From the NCBI GenBank assembly GCA_048886685.1, contig JBHLKM010000009.1, forward strand, positions 1-64,000: a stretch of DNA of 64,000 bases, given 5' to 3'. The notes beneath the pieces were generated by a model that saw only the letters and a list, made by a program, of their open reading frames with translations, had not been told where the DNA came from and did no database searches. Shown here piece after piece: positions 59,975 to 64,000 of the stretch. Every line of letters starts with the position of its first letter. The first letter of the stretch is position 1. The translations under genes were made by a program, and so were the position numbers. This DNA comes from Candidatus Hodarchaeota archaeon (GTDB taxonomy: Archaea; Asgardarchaeota; Lokiarchaeia; Sigyniarchaeales; SOKP01).

Positions 59975-61654
59975 TCATTTTAGATTCTTTTTGCTAACAC
60001 ATTGTTTTATAAAATCTAAATATAATGGAGATGGATTATACGGACGAGATTTAAACTCAGGGTGAAATTGTGTCCCTACCATCCAATGATCCTTTCTATC
60101 TAATTCAATACTATTAATAATAGTACCAGTTTCATCTCTACTAGATACTAACAAACCATTTTCTTTTGCTTCAGCTGTAATGAATCTTTCTTGAATGTGA
60201 AATCTATGTCGATACCGTTCATATATTTCCTCTTGTTTATATGCCTCAAAAAGTCGCGTACCCTTTTCAACAATAATTTTTTGAGCACCTAATCTCATGG
60301 TACCCCCCTTATCAGTAACCTCTTTCTGAGTTTCTAAAATATCAACAACAGGATAGGGTGTGTCAGGGTTGATTTCTGTTGAATTAGCATTGTTTAAGCC
60401 GAGATACTTTCTACAAAATGCTACAAAAAATAATTGAGCTCCAAAACAAATCCCTAGAAATGGAACTTTATTTTCCATGGCATATTCTGCTGATTGTATC
60501 ATTCCTTCTACTGCCCTTACACCAAATCCAGGTGTGAGCAAAATGCCATCACAATCTTTAAGTTGATCACTAATATCTACGTTTTCTTCAATGTTAATCA
60601 TTTTTAGTTCAGTTCTGTATCCTAGATGAGCAGCAGCATCTTCTAAAGCCACATTAATCGAAATATAGGAGTCCGAAATGTTAAAATATTTACCCGGCAT
60701 AGCGATCTTTACTGTATTTTTGGTACTTTTAAATAATTCTACCATTTTTAGCCACTCAGAATAGTTTGTTACCTCACTATAGGCAACTAATTTTGCTTTC
60801 AAATCAATAAGTTCGCAAATGAGATCTCCTAATCCCTGCTCTTCAAATAATATTGGTAATTCATAAACGATTTCTAAATCTGGATTTGAGATTACAGCTT
60901 TTTCGGGAACATTAGAATACAATGATATCTTTCTTTTAATATCATTATCTAAAGGTTTCTCACTTCTTCCAATAATTATATCGGGTTGTAGCCCTAAACT
61001 TTGAAGCATTTTGACAGAGTGTTGGGTTGGTTTAGATTTTTGTTGGCCTACAGCTTTAGAATAAGGAATAAGAGTAACATGTACAAATGCTGTACGTTTT
61101 GGATATTCTAATTTTAATTGTCGAAATGCTTCTAAAAATATGCTTGATTCTAAATCTCCAACAGTTCCTCCACATTCAATTAGTAAAACATCTAAATCTT
61201 CTTTATCTGCAATTTCCATTAATCTTTCTTTGATTATATCTGTCACATGCGGTATTATTTGGACTGTTTTTCCTAAAAATCTCCCTTTCCTCTCACTTAG
61301 GATTGTTGAAAGGTAAATTTGCCCCGAAGTAATATTATGTGATGGATGCATCTCAATACCTAAAATCCTGGAATACGTGCCAAAATCTTGATCAATTTCA
61401 GAGATTCTATATGATCTCTCATCAGAACCAGAAACTGGCCTAAAATCCCAGACCTCTTCAGTAATAAAACACTCTCCGTGCTCTATTGGATTTAATGTTC
61501 CAGGATCTACATTCAAATAAGGGTCAATCTTAACAACTGATACTTTAAATCCACGAAATTGAAGTACTTTGCCAATACTTGCTGTTGCAACTCCCTTCCC
61601 TATTCCTGACATTACTCCTCCTGTTATAAATACGAATTTACTTTTACTATTCAT
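59975..61654 (-). CDS. pyrG: CTP synthase
   Basis: KFVFITGGVMSGIGKG, KIDPYLNVDPGT, TVQIIPH, GGTVGD.E, GICFG, GGTMRLG, QFHPEF. Confidence 0.95.
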   Translation of the reverse strand: MNSKSKFVFITGGVMSGIGKGVATASIGKVLQFRGFKVSVVKIDPYLNVDPGTLNPIEHGECFITEEVWDFRPVSGSDERSYRISEIDQDFGTYSRILGIEMHPSHNITSGQIYLSTILSERKGRFLGKTVQIIPHVTDIIKERLMEIADKEDLDVLLIECGGTVGDLESSIFLEAFRQLKLEYPKRTAFVHVTLIPYSKAVGQQKSKPTQHSVKMLQSLGLQPDIIIGRSEKPLDNDIKRKISLYSNVPEKAVISNPDLEIVYELPILFEEQGLGDLICELIDLKAKLVAYSEVTNYSEWLKMVELFKSTKNTVKIAMPGKYFNISDSYISINVALEDAAAHLGYRTELKMINIEENVDISDQLKDCDGILLTPGFGVRAVEGMIQSAEYAMENKVPFLGICFGAQLFFVAFCRKYLGLNNANSTEINPDTPYPVVDILETQKEVTDKGGTMRLGAQKIIVEKGTRLFEAYKQEEIYERYRHRFHIQERFITAEAKENGLLVSSRDETGTIINSIELDRKDHWMVGTQFHPEFKSRPYNPSPLYLDFIKQCVSKKNLK

Positions 61655-61805
61655 AATTTCGACTTTTTTAGCATTTATAATTCAACTTTTCAAAACAAAA
61701 TAATTAAAATAAACCAATTATTAAAAGAATTTCTACTACTTACATTTTAAAATAGAATTATTAATATCAAAATAGGTAAAAAGAATTTTACCAATAAAAA
61801 TCGAA

Positions 61806-62627
61806 TTACTTACCTTTAAAGAGAGGTTCTTTTTTAGTTATTAATGATTTTGTTGCTGCTCTGAAATCACTCGTTTCTAATGATTTCCTAAGTGCTTCAT
61901 TTTCTAAATCTAGTGTTTTTGATAGAATATCCTTAAAATAATCATGCATTACTCTTTTCATTCGTTTGAGCGCTAGTGAAGGAGCTTTAGGAGGCATTAA
62001 ACGTAAAGCTTGTTCCCTTACAAAAGGCATTAAATTGTCAGGAGCTAATACTTTATTAACCAATCCAAGTTTTTCTGCTTCAATAGCCGTAATTTTATCA
62101 CCAAAATATATAATTTCTTTGGCTTTTTGAAAGCCGACTAAAAAAGGAAGGATAAAAGTTGAGCTAAATTCGGGGATTACTGCGCGCTTTACAAAATAGA
62201 ATCCTAACCATGCATCTTCAGATATATAAATCAAATCAGCACCAACCAGAGGTAACGTAATTCCTATACCTACAGCTAAACCGTTAATAGCAGCAATAAC
62301 AGGCTTATGAAAATTCCAAAGTTTCATACATAATTTTTTCTGAGCTATGTCCATTAAGTCGATTTCTTTCATAATTTCTGGAGGAATAGATGTAACATAT
62401 TTCATATTAAAATAACCTCCCGAAGAAAATGCATTAGCTTCTTCACAACCAGTAATTATTAATATTTTTGCATTCTCATCTTTTTCCATATCATCAATAA
62501 CAGTACAAATCTCTAAGAAGGTTACTTGTGATAAAGCATTTCTCCTCTCTGGAATATTAAATGTAAGAGTACAAATTCCATTTTCTTCCTTCTCATATAT
62601 TACTTCATTTAAATCCTCTATTTTTAT
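61806..62627 (-). CDS. Crotonase superfamily, Delta3-Delta2 enoyl-CoA isomerase-like; extended 46 codons upstream of the called ATG to a probable ATA start
   Basis: In-frame upstream of 62489: (I)KIEDLNEVIYEKEENGICTLTFNIPERRNAL...; AFSSGG, GLAVGIG, VIPE. Confidence 0.85.
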   Translation of the reverse strand: MKIEDLNEVIYEKEENGICTLTFNIPERRNALSQVTFLEICTVIDDMEKDENAKILIITGCEEANAFSSGGYFNMKYVTSIPPEIMKEIDLMDIAQKKLCMKLWNFHKPVIAAINGLAVGIGITLPLVGADLIYISEDAWLGFYFVKRAVIPEFSSTFILPFLVGFQKAKEIIYFGDKITAIEAEKLGLVNKVLAPDNLMPFVREQALRLMPPKAPSLALKRMKRVMHDYFKDILSKTLDLENEALRKSLETSDFRAATKSLITKKEPLFKGK

Positions 62628-62661
62628 TTCAATCTCCTCTTAGAAATATTGTTTAAATTTA

Positions 62662-63942
62662 TTATAGAAGTTTGAATAGTTGTCTAAGAGCCAGAGACAT
62701 AATATATTTCTGAATTTGAGATGTTCCTCCTCCTACTCGGTGAATTCTTGAAATTCCAAGTAAATCGCTCATGAGAGTATTGTCACATAAACCAGCACCC
62801 CCCATTAGATCAGCACAGCCAAAGCAAATCCTTTCAGTTAGTTTAGCACTTTGAGATTTTAATTGAGATGCAGTTGCAACAAGGGCTAAATTAAAATTTT
62901 GAGGAAGAGTACCGAATTTTTCTATTTTCTCATCAATTATTTGATATATATGCAATGCTGCTAACGTAAGACTCATAGTTTTTGCCCACATATCTGCTAA
63001 GGGAAAACCAACTCCTTGATATTTTAGGATTTCTTTATCAAATTGCTTTCTCATATTTGCATATATTGTCGCATGTGAAATTGCATTCCATGCTTCTGAT
63101 AAGTTAAGCATGACGATACCCAGCCTTTCTAAATTTAATCCTTCAAAAAGATGTTCCCTTCCTCGTCCAGGCTTGCCCAACACATATTCTGGGGGGACAC
63201 GTAAATTAGTAAACGTTTCTTTCCCAATGAAGATTCTTGGCGTCCAAGGGATATTTAATCTTTCAACTTTCCACCCTTCCCATGAAGTATCAACTAAAAA
63301 TTGCCCCATTGTATTTCCATTATTTGCCTCCGCAACAGCATAAACTATCGCTAAATCTGCCTTAGCTCCATTAGTTTGGTAGATTTTTTCTCCATTTAGA
63401 GTATAGCTGCCATCCTCATTTTCTTTGCATGTAGTTAGCATATGCACAGCATCAGAACCTCTTTCTGGTTCAGTTATACAGATACAGCCAATTTTTTCTC
63501 CTGTAACCAATTCTTTAAGTGCATTTAAACGTTCCTCCACATCTTCATGATGAAACATTAAAGGATTCACACACAAAACATTAGCCCCGATACCCATAGT
63601 TAATTGAGGGTCAAAAAAGTCGGTAGCTAAACATCTCATAAACTCTACTGTCATTCCATATGGTTCATAATTTAAGTCGAATTCTTTAAAACTGTTTACT
63701 CGAGTCAATAAACCTTCTTTACCAATCTCAGGAAACCAATCATAAAAATCTTCATTATGGGTGATATTATTGTTACTTTCAAATTTCAGGAAAAATCTTT
63801 GAGCCTGTTTTAAGAAATTAAAGTTAACTGGTTTTAAAATGTTCATTAGGTTATTATTTAGAAAGTTATAACGATTTTTTAAACTCAATTTTTCTAAAAT
63901 TTCATCATTTATACACTGAACTTCTCCTTTCTTATTTATCAT
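62662..63942 (-). CDS. Acyl-CoA dehydrogenase
   Basis: CITEPERGSD, LNGEKIY.TN, LNLERL, R.QF...I..YQ, MGGAG, GGT. Confidence 0.9.
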   Translation of the reverse strand: MINKKGEVQCINDEILEKLSLKNRYNFLNNNLMNILKPVNFNFLKQAQRFFLKFESNNNITHNEDFYDWFPEIGKEGLLTRVNSFKEFDLNYEPYGMTVEFMRCLATDFFDPQLTMGIGANVLCVNPLMFHHEDVEERLNALKELVTGEKIGCICITEPERGSDAVHMLTTCKENEDGSYTLNGEKIYQTNGAKADLAIVYAVAEANNGNTMGQFLVDTSWEGWKVERLNIPWTPRIFIGKETFTNLRVPPEYVLGKPGRGREHLFEGLNLERLGIVMLNLSEAWNAISHATIYANMRKQFDKEILKYQGVGFPLADMWAKTMSLTLAALHIYQIIDEKIEKFGTLPQNFNLALVATASQLKSQSAKLTERICFGCADLMGGAGLCDNTLMSDLLGISRIHRVGGGTSQIQKYIMSLALRQLFKLL

Positions 63943-64000
63943 ATATACAACTCATTATTTTAGTTATTGAATTATAATTAGTATTAATCAAAATTCTTAA

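Noticed and set aside
939-63343. Many short ORFs overlapping long genes (e.g. 939-1148, 21260-21715, 51163-51552, 51793-52224, 63110-63343)
   Set aside because: Antisense or alternate-frame shadows of motif-supported genes, with no recognisable motifs
1-64000. rRNA, tRNA, transposase, integrase or prophage genes
   Set aside because: No GC-rich structured intergenic segment or mobile-element motif seen by eye; tRNAscan/Infernal not run

Overview
A 64-kb, AT-rich (roughly 30% GC by eye), gene-dense archaeal window, most consistent with an Asgard archaeon (Lokiarchaeia/Promethearchaeota). The taxonomic call is inferred from a Roadblock/LC7 gene, Arf- and Rab-like small GTPase domains, longin-like domains and oligo-T terminators. 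The left part (1-9 kb) is a signalling/surface region. Its main gene is a 1,120-aa fusion of longin/uDENN-like, Arf-type GTPase, second longin/uDENN-like, 2 PAS, GAF and a catalytically dead histidine-kinase module, transcribed divergently from a Roadblock gene that the ORF track missed. The middle (9-35 kb) is mixed: peptidase, Rab-like GTPase, nuclease-DinG helicase, radical SAM/SPASM, QueG-like, Fpg, a Stay-green homologue and MFS transporters. The right part (29-64 kb) is a large anaerobic acyl-CoA/lipid catabolism cluster. It holds a split peroxisomal-MFE-2-like R-pathway, three thiolases (one with all three catalytic residues replaced yet an intact ORF), two non-hydrating crotonases (one apparently starting at ATA), a FadH-like reductase, a Mo-enzyme pair, an ACAD and a bifurcating-type ETF/LctD module, plus pyrG and a novel 3x148-aa repeat protein. 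I saw no rRNA, tRNA, CRISPR array or transposase. All domain calls come from motif reading and none was checked against a database.
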